Sequence record: DRR723986_3503
Length of the DNA: 37,657 bases
Direction: 5' to 3' (one strand)
This document shows positions 25,766 through 34,564 of the stretch, one piece after another (position 1 is the stretch's first letter; each line of letters begins with the position of its first letter). The position numbers and the translations under genes are program-made. The notes beneath the pieces are model-generated. The model did no database searches. It had not been told where the DNA came from and saw only the letters and a list, made by a program, of their open reading frames with translations.

Positions 25766-26260
25766 TTAGAGGCGGAAACGGATCTGGTCGGACCAGAAAC
25801 GCTCAAGGCGCGTGATGGTCCTGTTCAGCTGCGAGAGGTCGTCCGGACGCACGCTGGCGGTCGGCTCAAGCGCATTGGCCTGCTTTTCGAAGAGCTTCGC
25901 AACACGGGCGCGGACCTTCAGACCACGCTCGGTCAGGCGCAGCGTCACGGTGCGCTTGTCGTCTTCCGAACGCGTCTGGATCAGATAACCGCCTTCCTGC
26001 AGCTTCTTGACGTTATAGGACAGGCTGGTGCCGGCAAAAGCGCCGCGGGCACGCAGGACCGAAGCCGGAGCTTCACCTTCGCCAATTTCGTAGATCAGAA
26101 GCGCCTGGACACCCGTCAGCGAACGCTCGCCGCCGCGTTCCAGATCGTCTTTGACAACATCGTGAAGACGACGGTGCGCTTGTTCAAGAAGAGAGAGAGA
26201 CTTCAGGAAAGACTCGCCCAGGCTCAGTTCTGCAGTTTCCTGCATTTCAGCAATCATCAT
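25766..26260 (-). CDS. ldtR: MarR-family winged-helix regulator, LdtR-like
   Basis: HRRLHDVVKDDL, VQALLIYEIG, SYNVKKL, RSEDDKRTV and C-terminal RLERFWSDQIRFRL, characteristic of the alphaproteobacterial LdtR group. Start uncertain (26272/26260/26257). Confidence 0.8.
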   Translation of the reverse strand: MMIAEMQETAELSLGESFLKSLSLLEQAHRRLHDVVKDDLERGGERSLTGVQALLIYEIGEGEAPASVLRARGAFAGTSLSYNVKKLQEGGYLIQTRSEDDKRTVTLRLTERGLKVRARVAKLFEKQANALEPTASVRPDDLSQLNRTITRLERFWSDQIRFRL

Positions 26261-26468
26261 TTCAACCACCACTCAACTTTTGTTGTAGTTTGAACAGAAC
26301 TACACGAGCTATCCTAATAAACTGATAAGCATGTTGGTTTTGGGCAAGTCGTTAGTTAATATTCGTCCGTTTTGATTAACCGTTACTTTTACGAAACAAT
26401 TTTACTTCTGATTCACGAAATCTGCCCGCGCCTGCAGTGCGCGCGTGCAATCTCCTGTGCTGCCGGGA

Positions 26469-27206
26469 TCAGTTGAACGCCGAAGCGGCCGGGTCGTATT
26501 TCGGGCTCGGCCCATGGACATTCGACTCCGGACGGGAGTCGATCAGCATAAAGACGAAAATGACAAGCCAGCCGATATAAGGCACCCAGGTGATCAAATA
26601 GAGCCAGCCGGACAGATCCTGATCGTGCAGCCGCCGGACCGTCACCGCGATCGACGGGATGATCTGATAGAGGAACCAGAGCAGTGTCAGCAGCGGCACG
26701 AATTCATCACCGCCAAAGACAATGGCGCTCAGGACAATGTCCAGAATGAACACCACAACATAGGTGAGAACGTTAAAAAGCGTGTAGCCCCAGTACTCCT
26801 GCCGCCGCGCCCGGCCCGTGAACCTGAAATAGTCCTTCGTGAGGCTGCGGATGAAATAGGTCCAGACCCCGTCGCCCTGCACCGCTGGCGGCTTGGTGCC
26901 ATAAGCGTGCGAGGCGGTCCGCGCCTGAGGTTGGGCGTGGGGCTGAGGAAAGGATGGCTGAACTGCAGCAGCTGGAGCGGCTGCCATTGCGGGAGCGGGT
27001 TCTGGCGGCGCAGCCTGCGGCGCCGGGCCAAGCGTGTAGATGTCCCGCGCTTCATCACCAAGGCCGATGAAGTCCACCTTCTGACCGGGGGCCAGAGAAC
27101 CGCCGCCTCGCACCTGCGCCTGTTCATAATTGTAGCGAACGCCATCGTCACCGAGGATAAGCCCCGGCCCGTCTGTGCCATCTGCCTTAATAACCTGCCC
27201 ACGCAT
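26469..27206 (-). CDS. DUF805 (YhaH-like) membrane protein with N-terminal cold-shock-like OB domain
   Basis: N-term MRGQVI..GLILGDDGVRYNY..LAPGQKVDF; Pro/Ala/Gln linker; YFRFTGRARRQEYW, AVTVRRLHDQDLSGW, NVHGPSP. Confidence 0.88.
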   Translation of the reverse strand: MRGQVIKADGTDGPGLILGDDGVRYNYEQAQVRGGGSLAPGQKVDFIGLGDEARDIYTLGPAPQAAPPEPAPAMAAAPAAAVQPSFPQPHAQPQARTASHAYGTKPPAVQGDGVWTYFIRSLTKDYFRFTGRARRQEYWGYTLFNVLTYVVVFILDIVLSAIVFGGDEFVPLLTLLWFLYQIIPSIAVTVRRLHDQDLSGWLYLITWVPYIGWLVIFVFMLIDSRPESNVHGPSPKYDPAASAFN

Positions 27207-27282
27207 TTGTCCAGCCTCAAATATTGTTCCCTGAAGACTATCGGGAATACTTGGACGGCTTGTCCAGTGCTTTGGAGAAAAC

Positions 27283-28341
27283 TCAGAAGGTCAGTTCGTC
27301 TTCACCCAGCGGCTCGAAATACTTGTCGACCATCTCCGCTGGCACGCCTTCGATCGTCGCCGGAGACCATGCGGGCGCATTGTCCTTGTCGACGATCACC
27401 GCGCGAACGCCTTCCTGGAAGTCGTGACTCTGCACTTTCCGCCAACCGATACGGTATTCCATCTGCATGTTCTCGCGGAAGGTCTTGCACTGCCTGCCTT
27501 CGCGCAACTGGCGCAGGGCGACCTTGATCGTTTCCGGCGATTTCGACCGGAGCGTCTTCATCTGGGCAAGCGCCCAGTCGCTACCATCGGCTTCCAGCGC
27601 CGCAACGATCTCCTCCGCCGTGTCGAAGGCGAAGCACTTGTCGATGACGGTGCGATGTTCCTCGAATCCGCCTGCCGGGATGGAATGGGTCAGCGTGCGC
27701 AGGATCTCGTTCAGCATTTCCGCCGCGCCGACGGAGAAGTCCGCCGAGGCAATCTGCTTCATCAGGTTCGGCACCAGTTCCGACGGCAGGAAGTGCGTCG
27801 CGACGCGCGCGGCCGCAACGTCCACGCCTTTCAGCCGGTCACCAGTCAGGGCCAGCCAAGTGCCGAGTTCGCCAGCAAGGCGCGGCAGGAACCAACCGCC
27901 GCCGACATCCGGGAACAGGCCGATGCCTGTCTCCGGCATGGCGAACAGCGTCCGCTCGGTCGCGACCCTGTGAGAGCCATGCACCGACAGGCCGACGCCG
28001 CCGCCCATGGTCACGCCATCCATGATGGCCAGAACGGGTTTCGGGAACTCATCCAGCGCGACATTCATCCGGTATTCGGTGGCGAAGAAATCCCGCGCCT
28101 CACTCGCATCACCTGCCCCGCTTTCGGCGAGCATGCGAATGTCGCCGCCGGCGCAGAAGCCGCGCGTGCCTTCCTGATGGTCGATCAGGACGAGGTTTAC
28201 GGCGTCATCGCCTGCCCACTCTGTCAGCGCTTTCAGGATCGCCGCGCACATCGGCGTGTTCAGCGCATGCAGCGCAGATGGCCGGGTCAGCGTGATGCGG
28301 CCAACGCCGCCTTCGACCCGGATGGAAACGTCTTCAGTCAT
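27283..28341 (-). CDS. 3-hydroxyisobutyryl-CoA hydrolase-like enoyl-CoA hydratase/isomerase
   Basis: FCAGGDI, MDGVTMGGGVGLS, AMPETGIGLFPDVG, DFQEGVRAVIVDKDNAPAW. Confidence 0.92.
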   Translation of the reverse strand: MTEDVSIRVEGGVGRITLTRPSALHALNTPMCAAILKALTEWAGDDAVNLVLIDHQEGTRGFCAGGDIRMLAESGAGDASEARDFFATEYRMNVALDEFPKPVLAIMDGVTMGGGVGLSVHGSHRVATERTLFAMPETGIGLFPDVGGGWFLPRLAGELGTWLALTGDRLKGVDVAAARVATHFLPSELVPNLMKQIASADFSVGAAEMLNEILRTLTHSIPAGGFEEHRTVIDKCFAFDTAEEIVAALEADGSDWALAQMKTLRSKSPETIKVALRQLREGRQCKTFRENMQMEYRIGWRKVQSHDFQEGVRAVIVDKDNAPAWSPATIEGVPAEMVDKYFEPLGEDELTF

Positions 28342-28445
28342 CAAAACCCCTCACTCAACCCTGAAATTTTACAAATAAAACGCGCGCGCTGTTAACCCGA
28401 TTCTGGCATCTAAGCGGGGTTTCGCTCAGAGGGGGAGTCTGGCGA

Positions 28446-28706
28446 ATGTATGCGTTTGAGGTGGAAGCCCTCGATCGCAGGGAGGTCCGTTGCCAGGTAG
28501 AGGCAGTCGGGCGTCTCCGCATCGGGTGGCGTAAATGGGTGACTTGCGAGATCCGCGATATCTCGTGCGGCGGTGCGCGCATCGCTGTGGCCGAAGGTGT
28601 GGACCTTCCGGAACAGTTCGTGCTGACCTCCTGCCTGTTCGAGGGCGAACGCGTTTGCTTGCGCCGCTGGGAGTTCGGCAGCGAGACCGGCGTCGAGTTC
28701 ATCTGA
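28446..28706 (+). CDS. Stand-alone PilZ-domain protein (candidate c-di-GMP receptor), 86 aa
   Basis: RxxxR (DRREVR) and DxSxxG (DISCGGARI) motifs, C-terminal GVEF; GGGAG RBS. Confidence 0.82.
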   Translation: MYAFEVEALDRREVRCQVEAVGRLRIGWRKWVTCEIRDISCGGARIAVAEGVDLPEQFVLTSCLFEGERVCLRRWEFGSETGVEFI

Positions 28707-28740
28707 CCGGTCTCGCCTTGCCACATCCTTTCAGGCGCCA

Positions 28741-29580
28741 TCAGTTCAGCGCACAGCCTTCCAGCGTGATGCGGTGCATGATGCGCCGGTGGCCATGATA
28801 GTCGTTCAGCGCCCAGTGCCAGGTGGAACGATTGTCCCAGAAAGCAATTGAGCCCGCCTGCCACTGGAAGCGATAGGCATGCGCCTTGTCCATGGCGTGT
28901 GCGTAAAGGCGCGAGAGCAAGGCCTGTGACTGTTCGTCCGTCATGCCGACGATTTTCACGGTGAAGGCCGGGTTCACATAGAGCGCCTTTTTGCCGCTCA
29001 ATGGATGGGTGATCACGACCGGATGGGTCACATCGGCCAGCACATCGGCGGCGGCCGCATTGCCGATCCGGTTCCCGCCGGCATCGGTTGTGTTGTAATA
29101 CGTCGCGCCGCCGGAGCCGAAGATATGCTTGGCGGAGTGAACAGCGCGCAGGCCCTCGATCTCATTCTTCGTGGCATCGTCCAGCGTTTCATAGGCGCGG
29201 TACATGGAGGCAAACATCGTATCGCCGCCGCTTTCCGGCAACTCCCGCGCAACAAGGATCGAGCCCATGGCCGGCTCCTCGTCATACGAGTGATCCGTAT
29301 GCCAACCGCCTCCGATATTGTCCTTCTGCTCCTTTTCCTTCGCGACCATGGCGATCTGCGGATAATCGGGGTGCGCGGCGAAGAAGCGGTTCACATTGAT
29401 CGGCGCCCAGCGTTCGGCGAAGGCGATATGGTCGTCTTCGGTCAGGTCCTGGCCCCGGAAGAAGATGACGCCGTGATCGGCATAGACCTGCCGGATGGCA
29501 TCGAACTCCGCATCCGTCAGAGTCTTCAGGTCAATTCCTGTGATTTCCGCGCCCACGCCGGGCAAGGCTTCGATCTGCAT
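28741..29580 (-). CDS. TauD/TfdA-family Fe(II)/2-oxoglutarate dioxygenase
   Basis: GAEITGIDL, WHTDHS (HxD), GGDTMFA, HPVVITHP, WDNRSTWH, R-x-MHR. Confidence 0.92.
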   Translation of the reverse strand: MQIEALPGVGAEITGIDLKTLTDAEFDAIRQVYADHGVIFFRGQDLTEDDHIAFAERWAPINVNRFFAAHPDYPQIAMVAKEKEQKDNIGGGWHTDHSYDEEPAMGSILVARELPESGGDTMFASMYRAYETLDDATKNEIEGLRAVHSAKHIFGSGGATYYNTTDAGGNRIGNAAAADVLADVTHPVVITHPLSGKKALYVNPAFTVKIVGMTDEQSQALLSRLYAHAMDKAHAYRFQWQAGSIAFWDNRSTWHWALNDYHGHRRIMHRITLEGCALN

Positions 29581-29670
29581 GGCTTCCTCCCAATGTGCCT
29601 TTTAGGCATCTTGGGTGCCACTATACTGGCTGCGGACGCTCCGGAAAACGTTTTCCTTGGCTAAGCGGAA

Positions 29671-31326
29671 TCATACCGCCGGTATGGCCCGCTCGATCAG
29701 GCGGGTCTGGTCGACGTCCGGCGAGACGTCGCCATAGAGGAGGCCGTTGCGGTCCGCGCCGAGGCGCTGGGCGCAGAATGCGTCGAACACGAAGTCCGGC
29801 GCCATTTCATGAAGTGCCGCGCCCTGCAGGGCCAGCGCGGCATCGCGGGCAAAACCGCGCGCGGTGCCTTCGTGAAGGTTTCCGGGCGTGAGGTAATCCA
29901 CAAGACGGCCAACATGCGCATCGTAGGCATGATGCCGGCCGAGCGGCTTTTTCAGCTCTGCCTGCACGGCTTCCAGACTGTCCGGCTCCCGCGAGAGGGC
30001 ACGCAGCACGTCCAGCGCGATGACATTGCCGGACCCTTCCCAGATCGCGTTCAGCGGCGACTGGCGGAAGAGACGCGGCATCGGGCCTTCCTCCACATAG
30101 CCTGCCCCGCCATGGCATTCGAGTGCCTCATAGACGAAGCCCGGCTGACGCTTGCACACCCAGTATTTTGCAAGCGGCGTGGCGAGCCTCATGAAGGCCG
30201 CCTCGTGTTCGTCTGCTGCCATCCGGTCCAGGCTCGCGCCGACGCGCATTGCCAGCGCGGTGGCGGCTTCGCTTTCGATCACAAGGTCTGCCAGTATGGC
30301 GCGCATAGCCGGCTGGTCGATCAGCGCCTTCTGGAAAGCCCGGCGCTGGGACGTGTGCCATAGCGCCTGCACAAGCGCCGCACGGATGCCGCCGGTGGAG
30401 CCAAGGATGCAGTCGTAACGCGTATGCTGGACCATATCGATGATGGTGCGCACACCCCGGCCCGCCTCGCCAAGCCGTTCGGCCCAGGCAGCGTGGTATT
30501 CAATCTCGGACGAGGCATTGGATTTGTCGCCCATCTTGTCCTTCAGGCGCATGACATGGATGCCGTTGCGCGTGCCGTCCGGCTTCCAGCGCGGCACGAG
30601 GAAACAGGTGAGCCCTTCCTCCGTATACGCAAGGGTTAGGAAAGCGTCAGACATCGGGGCGGAGCAGAACCATTTATGCCCCGTCAGGATGTAAGCGCCC
30701 TGCCCGTCCGGCACGGCGCGCGTCGTGTTGGCGCGCACATCGCTGCCACCCTGCTTCTCCGTCATCGCCATGCCGATGGTGACGCCTGTTTTCCGGTCTG
30801 CCGGAAGGAAGTTGGAATCGTAGGAAGACGCCTGAACCCGTGGCACCCATTTCTCCGCAATCTCCGGCGTCGACCGGAGCGCGGGCACGCAGGCATAAGT
30901 CATCGACATAGGGCAGGTCACGCCTGCATCTGCCTGGTTCATCAGGATCATCATCGCGCCGTGCAGCACATGGCCTGCCTCGCCCGCATTCCATGCGGAC
31001 GCCGAAATCCCGCTATCCAGCCCAAGCGACATCAGATTGTGATAGGCCGGATGGAACTCCACTTCGTCCAGCCGGTGCCCGAACCGGTCAAAACTTTTCA
31101 GCTTCGGCAAATTCTCCTGTGCCTGCCGGGACCAGTCCTGCGTCTCGAAAGCGCCGCAGCGCTTGCCGAATTCCGACAGCTTCACTGCGTGGGCGCCACC
31201 GCCCGCCTTCTCCACCGCGGCCTTAAGTGCCTTGTCGGAGGCGAACAGGTCAACATCACCGAAGGCTATCGGCTGGTTGGAGACGGTGTGCGTCTCAAGT
31301 TCCGACTGGGGTGCGTAGTGTGGCAT
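29671..31326 (-). CDS. aidB: AidB-like acyl-CoA dehydrogenase family protein
   Basis: THTVSNQP, EVEFHPAYH, CPMSMTYA, GMAMTEKQGGSDVRAN, GHKWFCSAP, SNASSEIE, AKYWVCKR, NAIWEGSGNV. ATG 31326 with GGAGG RBS. Confidence 0.9.
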   Translation of the reverse strand: MPHYAPQSELETHTVSNQPIAFGDVDLFASDKALKAAVEKAGGGAHAVKLSEFGKRCGAFETQDWSRQAQENLPKLKSFDRFGHRLDEVEFHPAYHNLMSLGLDSGISASAWNAGEAGHVLHGAMMILMNQADAGVTCPMSMTYACVPALRSTPEIAEKWVPRVQASSYDSNFLPADRKTGVTIGMAMTEKQGGSDVRANTTRAVPDGQGAYILTGHKWFCSAPMSDAFLTLAYTEEGLTCFLVPRWKPDGTRNGIHVMRLKDKMGDKSNASSEIEYHAAWAERLGEAGRGVRTIIDMVQHTRYDCILGSTGGIRAALVQALWHTSQRRAFQKALIDQPAMRAILADLVIESEAATALAMRVGASLDRMAADEHEAAFMRLATPLAKYWVCKRQPGFVYEALECHGGAGYVEEGPMPRLFRQSPLNAIWEGSGNVIALDVLRALSREPDSLEAVQAELKKPLGRHHAYDAHVGRLVDYLTPGNLHEGTARGFARDAALALQGAALHEMAPDFVFDAFCAQRLGADRNGLLYGDVSPDVDQTRLIERAIPAV

Positions 31327-31406
31327 GGCGAGGCCCTCCGCCTGTGGTTCGGGCCTTACCATAAGTCGCCGCCCTCACCCCCGTAAGGGGGCGGGGCGTC
31401 ACATCA

Positions 31407-33908
31407 TTATTGGGCTAACAACAGGTCGTCGAACCAGCCTTCTTCGCTTGCGCCGGCGCCGATGGGGCTGCCGGGTGGAACGTCGACTTCCGTGACACCC
31501 GGCGCAAGCGCCGGCGCCGGACGATCCAGATGGGCGGCGATGCGGCGTTGCAGGTCTTCGCGGGCAGCGGCATCGACCGGGTCCGTCCGGCGCGCAGGCT
31601 TCAGGCGCTGGCTCATCCCTTTCAGGAAGGCGTCGGCCCGCATCTTGACGCCCGGTGACGTGGCCGGGTCGCTGGCGAATGCGATCAGGGAGGAGACAAA
31701 CCGCGCCTGCTGGCGACGGCGGATCTCGGCCTGACGCAATGTCGGCGCAGGCGTGAAGACTTCCCGCTCAAGCGAGGCCAGAACTTCCTCGAAGGACAAT
31801 GCCACCGGATCGCGCCGGCTGGTCTCAACCAGGCGTGCCGCGCGGGCAGGGTGCAGCAGCGCATCAATGGTCGTCTGGGTCGCTGTATCGGCGGCCGTCA
31901 GCAGGTCGAACATCGGGCCGGTGTCACCGGGGAAATATTCCGCCCCACCTGTATTGTAGGAGAAGGCCGCCAGCGGCGGGGTCAGCTGGTTCAGCACACC
32001 GTCCGGCAGGTCCAGAGAGGTTGGCTCCAGCGTGACGAGCAACGCCGCGAGGGCGGCCCGCTGGCGCTGCGGTGCCACGGCATGCGCCATGCCGCCGCCA
32101 TCGCCCCGGCGAGAATAGTAAAACTCAAACCCGCCGACAGACTTTGCCGCCGCCGCCACCTGATAGCGGTGGTAGAGATAGACCGGCACCAGCGTCTGGC
32201 GCAGGCGGGACGTGTCCGCCCCCGGCTCGATCACGTCGAGGCCGAAGCGATCCAGAGCAATCTTCCGTACACGCAGCGTGTTGTAGAGCTCGGCGATGGC
32301 ATCCTCGCCATTATCCCAGACGCTGCCATAGGGATGGGCCGTGCCGATGCCGCGTGCTTCGGGGTCGTCGACAAAACGGAGGCCGTCGCCATAGGCGGCG
32401 CGGAGCAGCTTGTCGCCTTCGGCATCTTCATCGGTGCCTTCCGGATATTGTGCGTAGAGCCAGGTGGCCGAGACCTTGTCCCAATCGCCGATGCCGACAT
32501 CATAGGCTTCGGAGAAATCGAGCTGGCCGTTCTCACTGACTTTCACCCACGGCGCGGGATAGTCCATCACCGAGGCGCGATCATTCGTGGACGCGGCGAA
32601 ATTGTGCGCGAAGCCGAGCGTGTGGCCGACTTCATGTGCCGAGAGCTGGCGGATACGCGCCAGCGCCACCTGCACCGGATCGTCCGCTTCGCCCGTGCCC
32701 GTCTTTGAAGCGCCGGCAAGGCCTTCAAAGATCATCCGGTCCTGACGCACACGCTGGCTGCCGAGGATGACGTTCGCTTTCAGCATCTCACCCGTTCGCG
32801 GATCATAGACGCCGCCGCCATAAGACCAGCCGCGCGTCTGGCGGTGTACCCACTGGATCACGTTGTAGCGGATGTCGAGCGGATGGGCGCCTTCGGGCAG
32901 GACCTCCACGCGATAGGACTCCGGGAAACCTGCTGCCGCAAACGCATCGGCCCACCAGGACGCGCCTTCGATGAGCGCATCGCTGATCTCTGGCGGCGCA
33001 CCGGAGTCGACATAGAAGACAATCGGTTCCTTTGCCGGGCTGGAGGCGGCGGTGGGGTCCTGTTTCTCCAGCCGGAACCGGCGGGCGTAGGATTTGTGCA
33101 CCTGGCCTTCCAGCGGCGCGGAGAAGTCATAATACGGCACGTCGATCGTCCCGCTTCGCACGTCGAAGGCGCGCGGCGTGTAGCCATCATCCGGCAAGCG
33201 CACGAGCGAGACATGCTGGACCAGCGTGATCGCCCGGCCATCGGCGGCGGTCGCCAGCACTTCGGCTTTTGGCTCATCGCTAGTCAGCGTCAGATAGGCA
33301 TCGAATTCGACATTGTCGGGAAAGGCGAGCGCAGCGGTTGCATCCGGCATAGACCGGTCTTCCGCGAGAGAGAAGCTGCCGCCCTTCGGATTGTTCTTCA
33401 GCGCCGCTTTCACATCCAGCCCATCGCGCGTGAGGTAACCGGAAATGTCGACCAGCAATTCGCCGCGGGGGCTTTCCGCGATCACATCGCCGGACCAGAG
33501 GAAAGAACTGGCGAAGGATTGGCGGACGGCCTTCTTCTCCAGAGGATTGTCGGCGCTGGCGACATAGCTCCAGTTTTCCTGCTCGGCGATCAGCTTCTTG
33601 CCCAGGCGGCGGAAGGCGATCAGGGACCCGCCATCGAACAGGCCCCGGTCCAGCCCGATTGGATTGGAGCCAAGCCCGGCCGTCAGCCCTGTCGCCTGAA
33701 TGGCGCGGAGCGAGATGCCCTCCTCATCCGGCTTCGGAAAGGCGGCGAGGATGCGCCCGCCTTTTGCATCGGCGTAGTAAGGCAGAAAGCCATCGGTCCG
33801 CGTCAGTCCGCTTGTCGCCTCGCCCCAGCTCTTTGGATCATCTGCGGCTGCCGCTCCCGCCCAGACCAGTGCCAGAACCGAAAACAGGAAAACCGCCAAC
33901 CCGCGCAT
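31407..33908 (-). CDS. Secreted zinc-dependent metalloprotease (EcxA-like; DUF5117/DUF4953 architecture)
   Basis: Signal peptide MRGLAVFLFSVLALVWAGAAAA; metzincin motif HEVGHTLGFAHNF plus Met-turn SVMDY; DIRYNVIQW, DPRTGEMLK. Confidence 0.9.
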   Translation of the reverse strand: MRGLAVFLFSVLALVWAGAAAADDPKSWGEATSGLTRTDGFLPYYADAKGGRILAAFPKPDEEGISLRAIQATGLTAGLGSNPIGLDRGLFDGGSLIAFRRLGKKLIAEQENWSYVASADNPLEKKAVRQSFASSFLWSGDVIAESPRGELLVDISGYLTRDGLDVKAALKNNPKGGSFSLAEDRSMPDATAALAFPDNVEFDAYLTLTSDEPKAEVLATAADGRAITLVQHVSLVRLPDDGYTPRAFDVRSGTIDVPYYDFSAPLEGQVHKSYARRFRLEKQDPTAASSPAKEPIVFYVDSGAPPEISDALIEGASWWADAFAAAGFPESYRVEVLPEGAHPLDIRYNVIQWVHRQTRGWSYGGGVYDPRTGEMLKANVILGSQRVRQDRMIFEGLAGASKTGTGEADDPVQVALARIRQLSAHEVGHTLGFAHNFAASTNDRASVMDYPAPWVKVSENGQLDFSEAYDVGIGDWDKVSATWLYAQYPEGTDEDAEGDKLLRAAYGDGLRFVDDPEARGIGTAHPYGSVWDNGEDAIAELYNTLRVRKIALDRFGLDVIEPGADTSRLRQTLVPVYLYHRYQVAAAAKSVGGFEFYYSRRGDGGGMAHAVAPQRQRAALAALLVTLEPTSLDLPDGVLNQLTPPLAAFSYNTGGAEYFPGDTGPMFDLLTAADTATQTTIDALLHPARAARLVETSRRDPVALSFEEVLASLEREVFTPAPTLRQAEIRRRQQARFVSSLIAFASDPATSPGVKMRADAFLKGMSQRLKPARRTDPVDAAAREDLQRRIAAHLDRPAPALAPGVTEVDVPPGSPIGAGASEEGWFDDLLLAQ

Positions 33909-34183
33909 ACCGAAACTCCATCCGCCAGAAACTGGCCGCACGGTGCCGCATATGCAGGGTGTATTCAATCTCTCATGGCCGCGATGAACGCAGCTTTATC
34001 CGGTGTTTGCATTCGTCTTTACGATCCAAAGGTGTCGGATTGGGTCTAATTACCGGATTCTCGGCAACCGAGAGCAGCAAATCGCCCGCTGCTCTGGACC
34101 TCGCATTTGGTTCCAACGACACTTGGGGTCCGGCCAAACAAATACTCAAAATAAACTCAACCGGCCGGGGGAGGAGACCAACA

Positions 34184-34543
34184 ATGTCTGCAACTCTTTT
34201 TGAACGGCTGGGTGGTGAAAAGGGCATTAACCAGCTCGCCAGGGACCTGATGGATGCCCATCTGAACAACCCGGTCATATCCAGACGATATGTGAGTACG
34301 GACGTTCCAGCGGCGACCAAAGGTGCGGCGGAGTTTTTCATCACCGGCACCGGCGGTCCGAGCGTCTACAAGGGCAAAGACATGGTCGGCACGCATCGCG
34401 GGATGAACATATCCAATGACGAGTTCATGGCCGTACTCGACGATGTCCTTGTCGCACTCAACAAGAACCAGATCGGGCAACGGGAAAAAGAGGAAGTTCT
34501 GTTCACATTCTTCAGCATGAAGAATGACGTGGTGGGGCAATAG
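34184..34543 (+). CDS. Group 1 (N) truncated haemoglobin, 119 aa
   Basis: RBS GGAGGAG; LFERLGG, EFF..TGGPSVYKGKDM, proximal His in THRGMNIS..EF. It is the 3' part of ORF-track entry 33659..34543. Confidence 0.9.
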   Translation: MSATLFERLGGEKGINQLARDLMDAHLNNPVISRRYVSTDVPAATKGAAEFFITGTGGPSVYKGKDMVGTHRGMNISNDEFMAVLDDVLVALNKNQIGQREKEEVLFTFFSMKNDVVGQ

Positions 34544-34564
34544 CCTCACCCGCCAGACAGAACG

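Noticed and set aside
31370-31398. CCCCC-GTAA-GGGGG hairpin between the metalloprotease and aidB
   Set aside because: Imperfect stem and no U tract on the coding (minus) strand; cannot be supported as a terminator or ncRNA.
34017-34031. CTTT-N7-AAAG upstream of the globin as a possible NnrR/Fnr site
   Set aside because: Spacing does not fit the TTG-N8-CAA geometry of Crp/Fnr-family boxes.
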